64,000 bases of DNA, taken from positions 18,792 through 82,791 of IMG/VR virus record IMGVR_UViG_3300021960_000048, one strand, 5' to 3'. This DNA comes from a virus. The translations under genes and the position numbers were made by a program. The notes beneath the pieces are model-generated. The model ran no database searches and was not told the DNA's origin. It saw nothing but the letters and a program-made list of their open reading frames with translations. Below are positions 40,313 to 50,674 of the stretch, piece by piece (position 1 is the first letter of the stretch; each line of letters starts with the position of its first letter).

Positions 40313-40759
40313 TCAGTTTTGTGATTCTTTAATTAACCTTCTGAACACTGCGCCCGGAGATTCGCCAAACTGTTTTTTCATTTGTTCGAGATAATTGATT
40401 TCTGTTTCTCCAACGATAACTGAGATTGTCTTACGGACTTGCTTAGGTTCTATAACGTCGGGGTCGTCAACTGCTTGATTCAAGTTAATTGAATAACCCA
40501 ATTTGACACGCGGATTCCCATGATGGTTGATACCGTTCTTACTCAAGACTACTGCCTCGATGCCATTACCTTCTTCACGTGCCAACTTCTTCAAGTCAAA
40601 GGTAAGTTGTCTAGCACTTCTTTGCATGTTATGTGGCAAGTTTGGGTCGGCATTATAGCGTTCTGCTATTTCACTACTGGTAAGTACCTCATGCCCTTGT
40701 CTCTTAGCGTTCATTAGTGCTTTTTTTATTAGTTGCTTTTGTTTATTCTTTAACTTCAT
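40313..40759 (-). CDS. Putative transcription regulator (wHTH plus ribbon-helix-helix)
   Basis: LTSSEIAERY..RQLTFDLKKL (HTH-like); C-terminal KTISVIVGETEINYLEQMKKQFGESPGAVFRRLI (RHH-like). Confidence 0.55.
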   Translation of the reverse strand: MKLKNKQKQLIKKALMNAKRQGHEVLTSSEIAERYNADPNLPHNMQRSARQLTFDLKKLAREEGNGIEAVVLSKNGINHHGNPRVKLGYSINLNQAVDDPDVIEPKQVRKTISVIVGETEINYLEQMKKQFGESPGAVFRRLIKESQN

Positions 40760-42507
40760 TCTTTCACCTCTATTTTTCCATTTCTGCAATGAGGACATTG
40801 TACTTCCTCAACTTTACAGTGCGCGGGAGTTGTTAAGATAACACGGCCATTACATGTCTTACAACGGCGTTCTTTGTGATAGAAACCTATTGGGGGCGCT
40901 CCACTTACATTAACAGTAATGGGCGCTCTCACGTCCTTCCATGAGGGTATAAACTCGGAAGCATGTGTTGGGCGTGGAACTTTCGTTTCTTCTACTGTGT
41001 CGTTCACAATTTCACTCCATGTCATTGGCTTATGTTCTGCTTTATAGATACTGCGTAACGCACTATGAAATTGGATTTCTTTGTATATACCACTTTCGGG
41101 ATATACAGATGGTTTGAGAGAGAACCCTTCGTCATTGAGTGTGATAAATGAGTCAGCAAGAATATGACCGCCAGAAGGCTGTTTATATGGACCGTTTTTC
41201 TGAATAGAACACATACCCACACAAAGCCCATAGAATGCCTTCTGTCTACGTGCATAGTGCCTAGGATTGGCCGAAGCAAGTGCGCTCGACATTGCGAGGT
41301 TTCTACATTCATAATTGAAAGATGTGCGAGGGATTACTTCGCCGTCAGCCATTTTTACAAATAGGTTTTCGTATTCTTCCCCAGTCAATGTAAATATTTT
41401 CTTACCTCTTGGTGAACATTCTGATACGTCAAAAACCTCTTCCTCATATGCTGAAAAAATAGTACGATTGTCAGATTTAAGACTGCTCTTGATATTGTAA
41501 ACACTTTGACGGAAATTAACACATAGTTTCAGTAGTGAGTCATATTCGTCTTCTGGTAATGATGGTTTAGGATGTAAACCCCTCAAACAAAAGAAACCAA
41601 GAAGTCTATGACAAAACAAGAAATGTGTTTTTGATAATGTAATTTGAAATACATTTGGGTCAGAGATTATTGTTTTTAAGTCCTGTTCTAACTCAAACTG
41701 AGGGTACGCAGGTGGGTAGTCTATTGTAGTCCAATATGGAGTGTAAGATTCGTATTTTGTGTTGACCATTTCGCTGTGAAAATATTGACTCACAAAGTCC
41801 TCTTCTGATTTCATTGGAACAATTCTCCAAGGGTTCATTTCTAACCTTGCTTTTCCACCGTTTACTGATAAGAAGTCAGAAGCCCCCTTATAGTATTCCC
41901 TTCCTACATGAGTTTTGGTTTTGGATTCGTCGGACAAGTACCTATTGACGTTGCGATGAAACTCATAGAGATAATTAGTATTCTCACTTGAAGTAATACT
42001 TTGGTACATTTTATTAAACTGGTAATTACAATTTTGGAATTGAGTTAACCAATTGTAAATTAATGTTTGAGAAGATACTATTGGGTCAGCATAATAATTC
42101 TCGTTCTCTCCATTATTCAACTTTTTGATAGCCGCTTTAGATTGTACGTAACTGTGTTTATGATAGATTTCATTATTGACTTCGTGTTCGTTAAGCAACC
42201 TCATATATTCAAGTCCTAATTTCTCAAGTGGACCGATTTTTTTATTCATTGTTCGCGCACCAAATATGTCATGAATTGTTTCATTAATTTTCATTTCAGA
42301 CATTATTTTTGTCATTGCTTTGTCTCCCCAACGGTTGTTAACGTCTTTAGACATACCTTCTAACATACTATAATGGTTAGGTAAAAAATATTCGTTGAAT
42401 AGTGGGATGTTCCCTTCTTTACTGGCAACTAACATTGTATGAAACAACGTACCTACTTCGCTCCATTCTTCTTTTGTCCAAATTGATTTATATTCTGCTG
42501 CTTTCAT
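40756..42507 (-). CDS. Hypothetical 583-aa protein, AT-rich, C-terminal Zn ribbon
   Basis: ORF track; CKTC..CPHC at the C-terminus. Confidence 0.6.
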   Translation of the reverse strand: MKAAEYKSIWTKEEWSEVGTLFHTMLVASKEGNIPLFNEYFLPNHYSMLEGMSKDVNNRWGDKAMTKIMSEMKINETIHDIFGARTMNKKIGPLEKLGLEYMRLLNEHEVNNEIYHKHSYVQSKAAIKKLNNGENENYYADPIVSSQTLIYNWLTQFQNCNYQFNKMYQSITSSENTNYLYEFHRNVNRYLSDESKTKTHVGREYYKGASDFLSVNGGKARLEMNPWRIVPMKSEEDFVSQYFHSEMVNTKYESYTPYWTTIDYPPAYPQFELEQDLKTIISDPNVFQITLSKTHFLFCHRLLGFFCLRGLHPKPSLPEDEYDSLLKLCVNFRQSVYNIKSSLKSDNRTIFSAYEEEVFDVSECSPRGKKIFTLTGEEYENLFVKMADGEVIPRTSFNYECRNLAMSSALASANPRHYARRQKAFYGLCVGMCSIQKNGPYKQPSGGHILADSFITLNDEGFSLKPSVYPESGIYKEIQFHSALRSIYKAEHKPMTWSEIVNDTVEETKVPRPTHASEFIPSWKDVRAPITVNVSGAPPIGFYHKERRCKTCNGRVILTTPAHCKVEEVQCPHCRNGKIEVKE

Positions 42508-44717
42508 TGTACCACCCTGTTCCTTCTAACACGGTCTAACATGTCCTCGATTAAGTGAAGTCCTTTGTCAGTGATGTCTGTTAGGTTCTTTACAGATAAG
42601 TGGTGTTCGTAGTATTGATGTACTGGAGAACCGCAGATTCCTAGAGCGAATAATTCTACGCCTCTTGGTGGATTTGCTGCTACGATAGATAAGTCCTCTG
42701 AAACAGAGCGACCGCTCGGAGATGGGCCGGCGGGCGAGCCGTCAGAGATTGTAAAGACCATGTTAGCCGCAACGTCTGATGGCATTTCTGCTAGTCTGTT
42801 GTAACACCAGTTAACCGCTCTGCCGTCGGAGTTTTCTGCTCCAGTTGAAGGCAATGCGATAGCCGCTTTTGTGCGGTTGTTTAGTGGTGTATTGTATAGT
42901 TTGTTGATTGCGATTTGAGTACCGCCTTGAGTACCGTAGTCGTACTCAGATGAGAAGTCAACTACTTCACAATTGAAACCTAGTCTGTGGAATACTTCAT
43001 GGAATATGATTGAAGCATTTGCAGCGTGGTGAGCCGCAGAAGTACCCTTAGTGTAAACATTCTTACTGTGTCCACCCATTGAACCGGATGCGTCCACTAG
43101 AATGATTACGTTTGCTGTTGGGTCGTCTTGTACGTTTCTCTTCTTGAATAGGTTGCGAGATTGACCGTAGCGAGATAGTCTGCGAGTGTCGAGTTTGCCT
43201 CTGCGTAGTTGGTTGTTCCAACGTGTGTCTAGCCCTGCTAATTTCCTTTGGTATAATTCTACTAGAGTAGTGATTGAGTCCTCGTACTTTGCTACTATGT
43301 TGTCATAGTGTTCTGATGCTTGGTCGATGTTGTCAGCGTCGCCGTTTACTCTGTAGCCAGTGCGAGTTTCTCTAGTGTCGAAGAAGTCAACTACTTTCAT
43401 GAAATGACCGAACTCGTCGTTGCCGCCGATTACTTCGTCAATTCCTGTGTATGCTTCGTACTTCTCTTCGTTGTAGTCTGCTTCGTCGTGCAGAGATATT
43501 AGGTCGTCAGTCTCGACGCACTCTAGTGCTTCTCTGATGATTGTGTCCATGTCAACCATTTCACCGTTGCTTGTGATGATGGTGTTTGAACCTCTACCGC
43601 CATAACCTGCAAGTCCGTCTTTGTCTTGAGCGCCGTCCATGTGGTCAGCATTTACTTCGGTGTCGTCGTAGTCGTCTAGTTCGTTACCCAACTCACTCTC
43701 GCCGAGTTCGACACCAACTTCTTTGCCTTTGCCTTTGCCAGTTGATTCACCTTCTCCTTCGCCCTCTGAGTCGCCCTCTGAGTCGCCCTCTGATGCTGAT
43801 GCACCTTCGCCCTCTGCTGTAGGCATAGGAGCGGCCTTAGCGTCCTCTGCTGTAGGCATTTCCATGTCGTCAAACCTTACTGGACTAACGTCTTCTGCTT
43901 TGCCACCGTCTCCGCTGCATTGCTTTGCTGCTGCTTCTTTTAATGAGTCCTCTGTGTGAGAGTCCATAGAGTCCATAGAGTCGGATTCTGAATTGTTTGC
44001 TACTGGGAAGTGTTCACGTAGTTTGTTTACAACTCTTCTTGCTTGGCGGATAACTTCGGATGTGTTTGGTTGCTTGATTGCATTTTGATACAAAGGACGT
44101 ACGTCGTCAATGCAAGCAACTACTTCTTCGTTGGTGAACCAATGTGGAGTATTGGAAATAGTTTCAGACATGATTGCGGTCATTACTGCTGAAAGTTTGT
44201 CGTCGTCTGTTTCGATAGTTTTCTTAGCCCAGTGAGCCATGTGCTGTTGTGTGTAGTAGTGGTTGGTCAAAGCAACTCTCTTACCGCTACCTGCGAAGTC
44301 TTGTGAAAGCAAATGGTTGATTCTTGTGTCCTCTAAGATGTTAACCATGTCCGGCATTAGTCTGTCTTCTTTGCCACTGTTTACTTGTTGGATTAGAGAA
44401 TGCCATGCGTTGAAGTCAGTGTAGCGAAGATGCCCTGCTGCTTCGTGGGCTAGGATTGCTTCTTGAGCAATTAGATTCATTGCTTCGTCGTTCGGTACTG
44501 CTTCTAACGGGACCCACACTGTACTGCCGTCAGTACATGCTCTACCATATGGGTCTAAGATAACTTTAGTTGCTTCTGCTCCACCTGCTCCGTATTCACC
44601 GGATAGGATTCTAGCGACTTGTGCTAGTCTGCGCTGCCTTGCTCTAGCCCTAAACTGTTCGTCATTTGCTTTGCCTGTTATACTGGTCATTGGGTTGTCC
44701 ATTGTCATGTTGCTCAA
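42504..44717 (-). CDS. vWA (MIDAS) protein, CobT-like, with N-terminal HE metal motif
   Basis: LAHEAAGH, NILEDTRI, acidic linker, GKLDTRRL, LVDASGSM, TISDGSP. Confidence 0.85.
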   Translation of the reverse strand: MSNMTMDNPMTSITGKANDEQFRARARQRRLAQVARILSGEYGAGGAEATKVILDPYGRACTDGSTVWVPLEAVPNDEAMNLIAQEAILAHEAAGHLRYTDFNAWHSLIQQVNSGKEDRLMPDMVNILEDTRINHLLSQDFAGSGKRVALTNHYYTQQHMAHWAKKTIETDDDKLSAVMTAIMSETISNTPHWFTNEEVVACIDDVRPLYQNAIKQPNTSEVIRQARRVVNKLREHFPVANNSESDSMDSMDSHTEDSLKEAAAKQCSGDGGKAEDVSPVRFDDMEMPTAEDAKAAPMPTAEGEGASASEGDSEGDSEGEGEGESTGKGKGKEVGVELGESELGNELDDYDDTEVNADHMDGAQDKDGLAGYGGRGSNTIITSNGEMVDMDTIIREALECVETDDLISLHDEADYNEEKYEAYTGIDEVIGGNDEFGHFMKVVDFFDTRETRTGYRVNGDADNIDQASEHYDNIVAKYEDSITTLVELYQRKLAGLDTRWNNQLRRGKLDTRRLSRYGQSRNLFKKRNVQDDPTANVIILVDASGSMGGHSKNVYTKGTSAAHHAANASIIFHEVFHRLGFNCEVVDFSSEYDYGTQGGTQIAINKLYNTPLNNRTKAAIALPSTGAENSDGRAVNWCYNRLAEMPSDVAANMVFTISDGSPAGPSPSGRSVSEDLSIVAANPPRGVELFALGICGSPVHQYYEHHLSVKNLTDITDKGLHLIEDMLDRVRRNRVVQ

Positions 44718-44726
44718 GCCTTGGGA

Positions 44727-45488
44727 CTAGGTATGCCTATATGAATGCTTGCCTTTAGATGTTTGAGGTATGTATGGAGTTTTACGATAGTTAGTGGTTC
44801 TACTTCGTAGTAATTTCACGTTGTCCCAAGATACCATACTAAGGTCGTCCGTAAGCCAAGCCTTTGAATGTAGAAGGTGAGTTTCGTTTACAACATTTGG
44901 ATTCTCGTCATTGTATAATGCACCTTTCAAAACTGCGATTGGATGTACTGTTTGAGAAGCGTGATGAAGTCCTGTAAGGATGGCCTTAGTTACATTAGGT
45001 TCAACGACTCCGTTCGTTACAGAGCCAGTTCCAAATGAGAGTAATTCATTCTTAGCAGTGAGCCAAGATTTACATGTAGTTGAGATTGATTCAATAGCGG
45101 TTTCGCTACGCTTTAATCCGAGATGAAGTGATAGGTTTCTAAGGTATTCAGATAACTGTTCTTTAGTTGGTGCATGATGATAGGTATGCTTTGCCTGTTT
45201 ACGGATGTTCCAAGGCACTGTTTCTATGTGTTGGACTTCTATTACCATTCTAGGCGGTGAAGCCTTTAGAACGTCTGTAATGGCCTTCCATTCAGACTTC
45301 TTGTAATACTCTGCTTCTAGCAAAGCGATTCGTCCTTTACCTAAGAAAGATGGATGTCTCGCATCAGATAGAATTGACTTTGGATTATCGCCAGTTACAA
45401 CTTCTAAACCTTCGGCCTTGCTTTCGCTAAGTATTCGCGTAGTCTTTCCAGACCCAACTGGACCAGAAATAATTTGAAGATTATTCAT
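44727..45488 (-). CDS. Degenerate clamp-loader (RFC large subunit-like) ATPase
   Basis: IISGPVGSGKTT; overall RFC-like layout, Walker B poorly conserved. Confidence 0.5.
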   Translation of the reverse strand: MNNLQIISGPVGSGKTTRILSESKAEGLEVVTGDNPKSILSDARHPSFLGKGRIALLEAEYYKKSEWKAITDVLKASPPRMVIEVQHIETVPWNIRKQAKHTYHHAPTKEQLSEYLRNLSLHLGLKRSETAIESISTTCKSWLTAKNELLSFGTGSVTNGVVEPNVTKAILTGLHHASQTVHPIAVLKGALYNDENPNVVNETHLLHSKAWLTDDLSMVSWDNVKLLRSRTTNYRKTPYIPQTSKGKHSYRHT

Positions 45489-45651
45489 AGTCAGAGATTT
45501 TCCTTTGAAGTCGGTCAACTATTGCTTGACCCATTTTCTTTCTCTGAGTTTCTAGTAAAGTGTCAACAACTCTTTCGAGATACGATACCTTACTATTCAA
45601 TTCCTCTATTGTCTTTTCCAGTGCTTGTATTTGCTCTTGCATAGATGTCAT
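45481..45651 (-). CDS. 56-aa coiled-coil protein (not in ORF track)
   Basis: MTSMQEQIQALEKTIEELNSKVSYLERVV...; GGTGTGATG RBS-like sequence upstream. Confidence 0.55.
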   Translation of the reverse strand: MTSMQEQIQALEKTIEELNSKVSYLERVVDTLLETQRKKMGQAIVDRLQRKISDYE

Positions 45652-45766
45652 TTGCACATCACACCTTTATGAATATTCTAGTCTGAGAGAAGTGTTGGGA
45701 GCGGGTTGGAATGCAACCAAACATAAGAGGGTTCAGTGAAGAACCCGCCCCCGTTTCACTTCGCCC

Positions 45767-46981
45767 TCAGTAGTCGGATAACCTCGCTCTTGCAGTCATT
45801 TTAACTGTCTCGATTTCTCTAGGTGTGAACTTGCCAATGAATGATTCATTGACTGCCTCAGAGATTGAGAAGCCGTCTCTTAAGTCCATTAGGATGTGGA
45901 TTAGAGACCTTGTAGATACGTCGCTTGTGATACCCTTGCGGTTCTCTTTTAGGGTACGTAGGTCGTTTGCTAGGTTAACGATTTCAGTAGCAACTCTGTT
46001 GTTCATGAAACCACTCTGAGACTGGATTACAGAAGTCTCTTGAGCCGCAGGTAAGTAGCCGAATTGTAGGGAGCGGGAGAAGCGGTTTCTGAATGCTTCA
46101 TTCTGCTCATTTGTACCCGCATAGCCGGGATTATAAGTTCCTACTACCATGAAACCTTCTTTGGCTTTGACAACTCTGTTGTTGTCGTCCGGTAGGACTA
46201 GATAGCCGCTGTCCATTGCTGAGAACATTGCTATTTGTGTATTGTCTCTCATAGCGTTTATTTCGTCGCAGATGAGTACAGTTCCGTTTTCCATAGCCTC
46301 GACTAAGATACCGTCGATGTAGCGTGTGCTGCCGTTGTCTAGGTCGATTCTACCTAGTAGTGTTTCTTCACTAACACCGTCAGACATGTTGATTCTGATA
46401 GCAGGGATTTGCATGTGAGCGCAGAACTCTCTAGCCATTAGTGATTTACCGCAGCCGGTCGGACCGAATGCTGCTACGTGAGCATTTACAGTGTCGCCAC
46501 CTTTAGAACGACGTAGCATTGCTGCTAGATGTCTAAACTCATTTCTGTCAGATTCTACGAAGCCCTGTATAGAAGGGATTTGTTCTGCTAGATGTGTAGG
46601 CCAGTCGTCAACGTGGTGTCTTGCTAGACCATAGAATGTACCATGTGGTGCGTCAGCGTCATTCACTGTCTCGGCTACCATTGCAGGGTTTATACCGATA
46701 CCGGATAGGTCTCCTTTCTCTAGTTTCTCAGCCAGTTCTCCTAGCCAGATTTGTTTGGTGTTACCGATAGTTACTCTCTCTACCCCTGCCGATGCCATTC
46801 TGTTTCTTGTAAAACAATTTGATTTGAGGCTCGCTAATGATGGTGCATATTCTTCACCTACATTTGCGACGATAATGTCTCGTACCGCCTCTAAGAAGAT
46901 AGATTCCTCTACCTTACCACCGTGTCTCTCGCATGCTTCTCTCATAGCCAATTGTGTACTGTTTCTTGCCATATTTCTCAT
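45767..46981 (-). CDS. MoxR/CbbQ/CobS-family AAA+ ATPase
   Basis: GPTGCGKS, LICDEIN, GTYNPGYAG, EAFRNRF, VSTRSL. Confidence 0.9.
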   Translation of the reverse strand: MRNMARNSTQLAMREACERHGGKVEESIFLEAVRDIIVANVGEEYAPSLASLKSNCFTRNRMASAGVERVTIGNTKQIWLGELAEKLEKGDLSGIGINPAMVAETVNDADAPHGTFYGLARHHVDDWPTHLAEQIPSIQGFVESDRNEFRHLAAMLRRSKGGDTVNAHVAAFGPTGCGKSLMAREFCAHMQIPAIRINMSDGVSEETLLGRIDLDNGSTRYIDGILVEAMENGTVLICDEINAMRDNTQIAMFSAMDSGYLVLPDDNNRVVKAKEGFMVVGTYNPGYAGTNEQNEAFRNRFSRSLQFGYLPAAQETSVIQSQSGFMNNRVATEIVNLANDLRTLKENRKGITSDVSTRSLIHILMDLRDGFSISEAVNESFIGKFTPREIETVKMTARARLSDY

Positions 46982-47249
46982 TCCTTTTTTCGTTTTGTAT
47001 TCCCCCGTGTTTGGTTCGGGGCAGAGTGTCCTAGAGGTTTCTACCTTTAAGGGTTTCGATGTATAGTCTTCTTGTCCTTTATCCTTCTACAACATTTCCC
47101 ACATGTTTGTAATTTGATTTCTCTAGCAGTAAAAGACACATATCGTTTCTCTAGTTTACACTCTTTACATTTGTACGTACGGCCACCAACGTCTTTTCTA
47201 GCAGCCATACAACTCAATTACAAACCACACCCTATTAAAGAGTGATATA

Positions 47250-47717
47250 TTAGTTGTATTTCATCATCATGTAAGTAGAAATATTTCTTTCCTTGAATTG
47301 TTTTCTCGCCCTAGTATTTTCAAATCTTAATATCTTGTTAGGTTGATACCATAAGTGATAGTGGTCTTTAGTTCCAGATTTGACTTTGAAGTGTTTACCT
47401 ATCAACGTAGTTGCTTTACTTGCTACTATGTAAGGAAGAATCGGTCCAATATCTCTATCGGGATGACTAGGCCAACAAGCATTGAATATTCTAAGACTGG
47501 CCTCTTGTATAGTTGGGGCTGAGATTGCTTGAATCACAATTGCGTTTATCTCATCTTGAAATGCTTCTGTTTCTTTCTGCGCTTCTGCATACATCATATC
47601 TTTGAAGTGATTGTACGTACCGTAGTTATCTAAGAGTATTCTTCTAGCCTCATGATGAGTAAACCCACACTTGATTCTCAAGGTTCGATACATGTCTCTT
47701 TTCCAAGTCTCTTTCAC
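47250..47717 (-). CDS. Hypothetical protein
   Basis: ORF overlapping the PolB stop. Confidence 0.6.
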   Translation of the reverse strand: MKETWKRDMYRTLRIKCGFTHHEARRILLDNYGTYNHFKDMMYAEAQKETEAFQDEINAIVIQAISAPTIQEASLRIFNACWPSHPDRDIGPILPYIVASKATTLIGKHFKVKSGTKDHYHLWYQPNKILRFENTRARKQFKERNISTYMMMKYN

Positions 47718-50305
47718 TCAAACCACTTCTCAAAACTTTCTGTACCTGTTCTATTAATTGCCTTATCCCAAGATGTATTCATTGCACCTAGTATTCCGAT
47801 GAAAGAGTTAGACTCTCCGATGTACTTGTCTAGGCTCGCCTTCCTATCGACTACTATACCAAAGTCATCAGGATTCTCACCCCATTCTACCGCTACCCAT
47901 CTGTTCTCCGGTAGTGGATGTTCAGACTTCTTTGCTAAGTATAGACATGGCTTGTCGCCTAAGTCAAACTCTGTTCCTAGATATTTGTTCGACCACATTG
48001 AGGCTTTGTACGCTTGAGTTCCGGTTTTCTTCATACCCGAAGGCTTTCCGTAGTTAGCACTAGGTGTTTCACCAGAAAGAAGTTTGTCATTCCACTCACG
48101 AAGTAATTCATTCAATGTAGTTGCGTCGCCGCCATCCAAGATACAAGCGAAGATTGCTTTCTGAATATCTTTCACAACCTGCGGTGTAGATGAACGTCGA
48201 ATCTCGACACCTCTGAATCCATAGTTACCGTCAAAGTCCACGTAAGCATATCTTTTCTTTACTCCCCATTGGAAATATCTAGCGTAGTACGCATCGGGTT
48301 TGATTCTGAAAAACTCATTCTTATCCACATTCAAAGTTTCTTTTACGAAGTCGTCGAAAGAATCGTTGAGTTCGTCGCAGAGTATTTCGGCAAACGTCTC
48401 TACGTCCGTCCGTAGCACAGGTCTCACTTTACGAAGTTCAGCCAGATTTTTGATTGCACATTTACAAGAATCTGTATCTTGATACAGAACATCGAAGTGA
48501 ACCTCGATACCTTCCCATTCTAATATTCTCTTTTGGATGTAATGTTTATTCCAATCATTGTGCATTCTAGCAACTTCGGTAATATCAGAACCGATTTCTG
48601 GGTCGGCCAGTCTGAAAGGTCGCCTCTTTGTTTTCTCTGTTTTACCACTTCCTAACACACCATACCAACTATTCATATTCTCTTTCATAACTCTCTGGCG
48701 GCGGTCAAGTGATTGATACTCTTCACTACCATACTCAACGTGCTTCATTGCACCTCTTGTTTCTTCTCTAGTTTGAGCCAGTGTTCTGAGAACCCTCGGC
48801 ATGATACCTTCTGCGTCTCTTCGATAATATCGACCACTAGGAGTTATTGTAACTGGGAACGGAAAGCCATCGGGATAATCGTCTTTGTTTACTTTGGTGT
48901 CGGGTGAGAAGTTACCAGTAATCATAGCCGATGGATATTCCATAGAGTTGTCAACTTCAAAAGCACATTCGTAAACTCCAGTTGGTGCATCCATAACAAA
49001 CCCACCTGCTTCGATACCACCGTCTATCTTAGATGCGGTCAGAGATGCACTAGGCATGACTATGTTCTCATCCATCAATAGATGTCCCATCATATCTTCT
49101 ACGAGCAACATATTACTATGGCTATGTTGAAGTGTTGAATTGTGATAAGCGGTCTTGGTGATATAGAAAGGTAATAGATTCAATTCAGACATACACCTAG
49201 CCGCACATACATTATCCCATGCGTTGTAAACACATAGCATAACTGGGTCTTTCACCATAAGGTCGGTGATTCTAGTTCTAGGCACTTTACCATACCCTAG
49301 AGTCTCCCCTGCCATCCAAGATAGACTAGCCGCTCCAGTGGTAGCAGCCGCACCTTGCACTTGTTCAGCGTAGGCAATCTTCGTATCAAAGAAAGGCATG
49401 TATTTGATGTATCTCATATTTGGAAAAGTATGACTTGTTTTTCGAGATGTATTTTTCTCATTCATCACACGGCATCTATTGATAACGTAAGGATGGTCGT
49501 AGCCAATTATATTTTGACCAGCAATTGCGTCTGGGTCATAATGTTGGATTCGATTATGAAACCACCAAAGTAAAGCCGCTTCTCTTTCATCCTCATCTTC
49601 TTGGTCGAAGCACTTGACAACTATCTTATCGGGGTCAAGTGGTGGGATTGGATTCGTATGTTCGACAACTGATTCAAGGGCTTCTTGAGATGCAAGAAAC
49701 TTCTTCACCATTCGAGTTGAACATGGGACGGTTGTTCCTATCTCATGTATGTCCGTAGCCTCATCATAGATAGCGATAGAAACTATTCTCTCCGGCGCGT
49801 TTTCCATATCCAAAGAATCGGCTGTTTCAATATCGTAGTATAGTAAGTCGATAGTAAAGTCATCAACCTCTTTATCAGATGGTTTGATTTTATCATAAGA
49901 ACAAACATAAGAGCCATCCTCTGCCTTTGTCATAGAACCAAGTGGCACTTTGACAACTGCTGTCCAACCGTAAATCCATCTAACAAGTGAACCCCACTTT
50001 GCATCTGCACAATAGTGAGGGAAGAAGTGGTCTCTTACTTCTCGAATCTCGGATGGTTTCTGGACCTGTACTTCCCAGAGTTGTTTACCTTCTATGCTAC
50101 GCTTATCCGTAGCAAGTATTTCCACCGGGGTCTTGACAAGTTCAGAATCATAATCTGAAACCTCAGTCCAAAACTTAGGTTGGCAATCAATTACTTTGAT
50201 GATTATTGTTTCACCTTCAAGATTCTTCGCACGAATCTCCGTCCACCATTTAGTCGGCTTCTCTATTGCTCTCACCGAGACGATGAGTAAGTCATTCCAA
50301 ATCAT
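47714..50305 (-). CDS. polB: Family B DNA polymerase with 3'-5' exonuclease
   Basis: ExoI YDIET, ExoII NIIGYD, ExoIII YNAWD; Pol motifs DNSMEYPS, KENMNSWYG, YQDTDS, KKRY, GVEIRRS. Confidence 0.96.
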   Translation of the reverse strand: MIWNDLLIVSVRAIEKPTKWWTEIRAKNLEGETIIIKVIDCQPKFWTEVSDYDSELVKTPVEILATDKRSIEGKQLWEVQVQKPSEIREVRDHFFPHYCADAKWGSLVRWIYGWTAVVKVPLGSMTKAEDGSYVCSYDKIKPSDKEVDDFTIDLLYYDIETADSLDMENAPERIVSIAIYDEATDIHEIGTTVPCSTRMVKKFLASQEALESVVEHTNPIPPLDPDKIVVKCFDQEDEDEREAALLWWFHNRIQHYDPDAIAGQNIIGYDHPYVINRCRVMNEKNTSRKTSHTFPNMRYIKYMPFFDTKIAYAEQVQGAAATTGAASLSWMAGETLGYGKVPRTRITDLMVKDPVMLCVYNAWDNVCAARCMSELNLLPFYITKTAYHNSTLQHSHSNMLLVEDMMGHLLMDENIVMPSASLTASKIDGGIEAGGFVMDAPTGVYECAFEVDNSMEYPSAMITGNFSPDTKVNKDDYPDGFPFPVTITPSGRYYRRDAEGIMPRVLRTLAQTREETRGAMKHVEYGSEEYQSLDRRQRVMKENMNSWYGVLGSGKTEKTKRRPFRLADPEIGSDITEVARMHNDWNKHYIQKRILEWEGIEVHFDVLYQDTDSCKCAIKNLAELRKVRPVLRTDVETFAEILCDELNDSFDDFVKETLNVDKNEFFRIKPDAYYARYFQWGVKKRYAYVDFDGNYGFRGVEIRRSSTPQVVKDIQKAIFACILDGGDATTLNELLREWNDKLLSGETPSANYGKPSGMKKTGTQAYKASMWSNKYLGTEFDLGDKPCLYLAKKSEHPLPENRWVAVEWGENPDDFGIVVDRKASLDKYIGESNSFIGILGAMNTSWDKAINRTGTESFEKWFE

Positions 50306-50526
50306 TCTTCTTCATCCAGTTTACGTAAGATTTGTGCTGATAGATAAATAACAAGGTCGAGGATTTCTTCTAGTCCCATTTCAGTCCATGAGTTCTTTCT
50401 AGTTCCGTATTGTTTGGTATCATCATCTATTCTCATACCATGTCCGTATCTCTCTTGACCTACTTTCATTCTTTCTTTTATTATCTCAAGTATTCTTTGG
50501 TTGTCATCTTCAAACTCTGCTGTCAT
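50302..50526 (-). CDS. Small all-alpha NTP-pyrophosphatase-like protein
   Basis: GQERYG..WTEMGLEEILDLVIY acidic helix pattern. Confidence 0.45.
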   Translation of the reverse strand: MTAEFEDDNQRILEIIKERMKVGQERYGHGMRIDDDTKQYGTRKNSWTEMGLEEILDLVIYLSAQILRKLDEEE

Positions 50527-50674
50527 ATTACACACCCGTATTCCCATCTTTATAACATGTTATCTATTATATTCTTCAATAAAGTCTTGAAGCCATTGGT
50601 AAATGTATTGTTTCACCCACCAAAGAGCGGGCGCTACTACAATAAAACCCAACAATACTGTACCCAAGAATTGC

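Noticed and set aside
43760-43862. Short tandem repeats (tcgccctctgag, ctctgctgtaggcat)
   Set aside because: They encode the low-complexity acidic linker (SEGD, MPTAE) of the vWA protein.
47714-50305. Intein in PolB, RFC or terminase
   Set aside because: Protein lengths are normal and no C/S...HN intein boundaries or LAGLIDADG blocks were seen.
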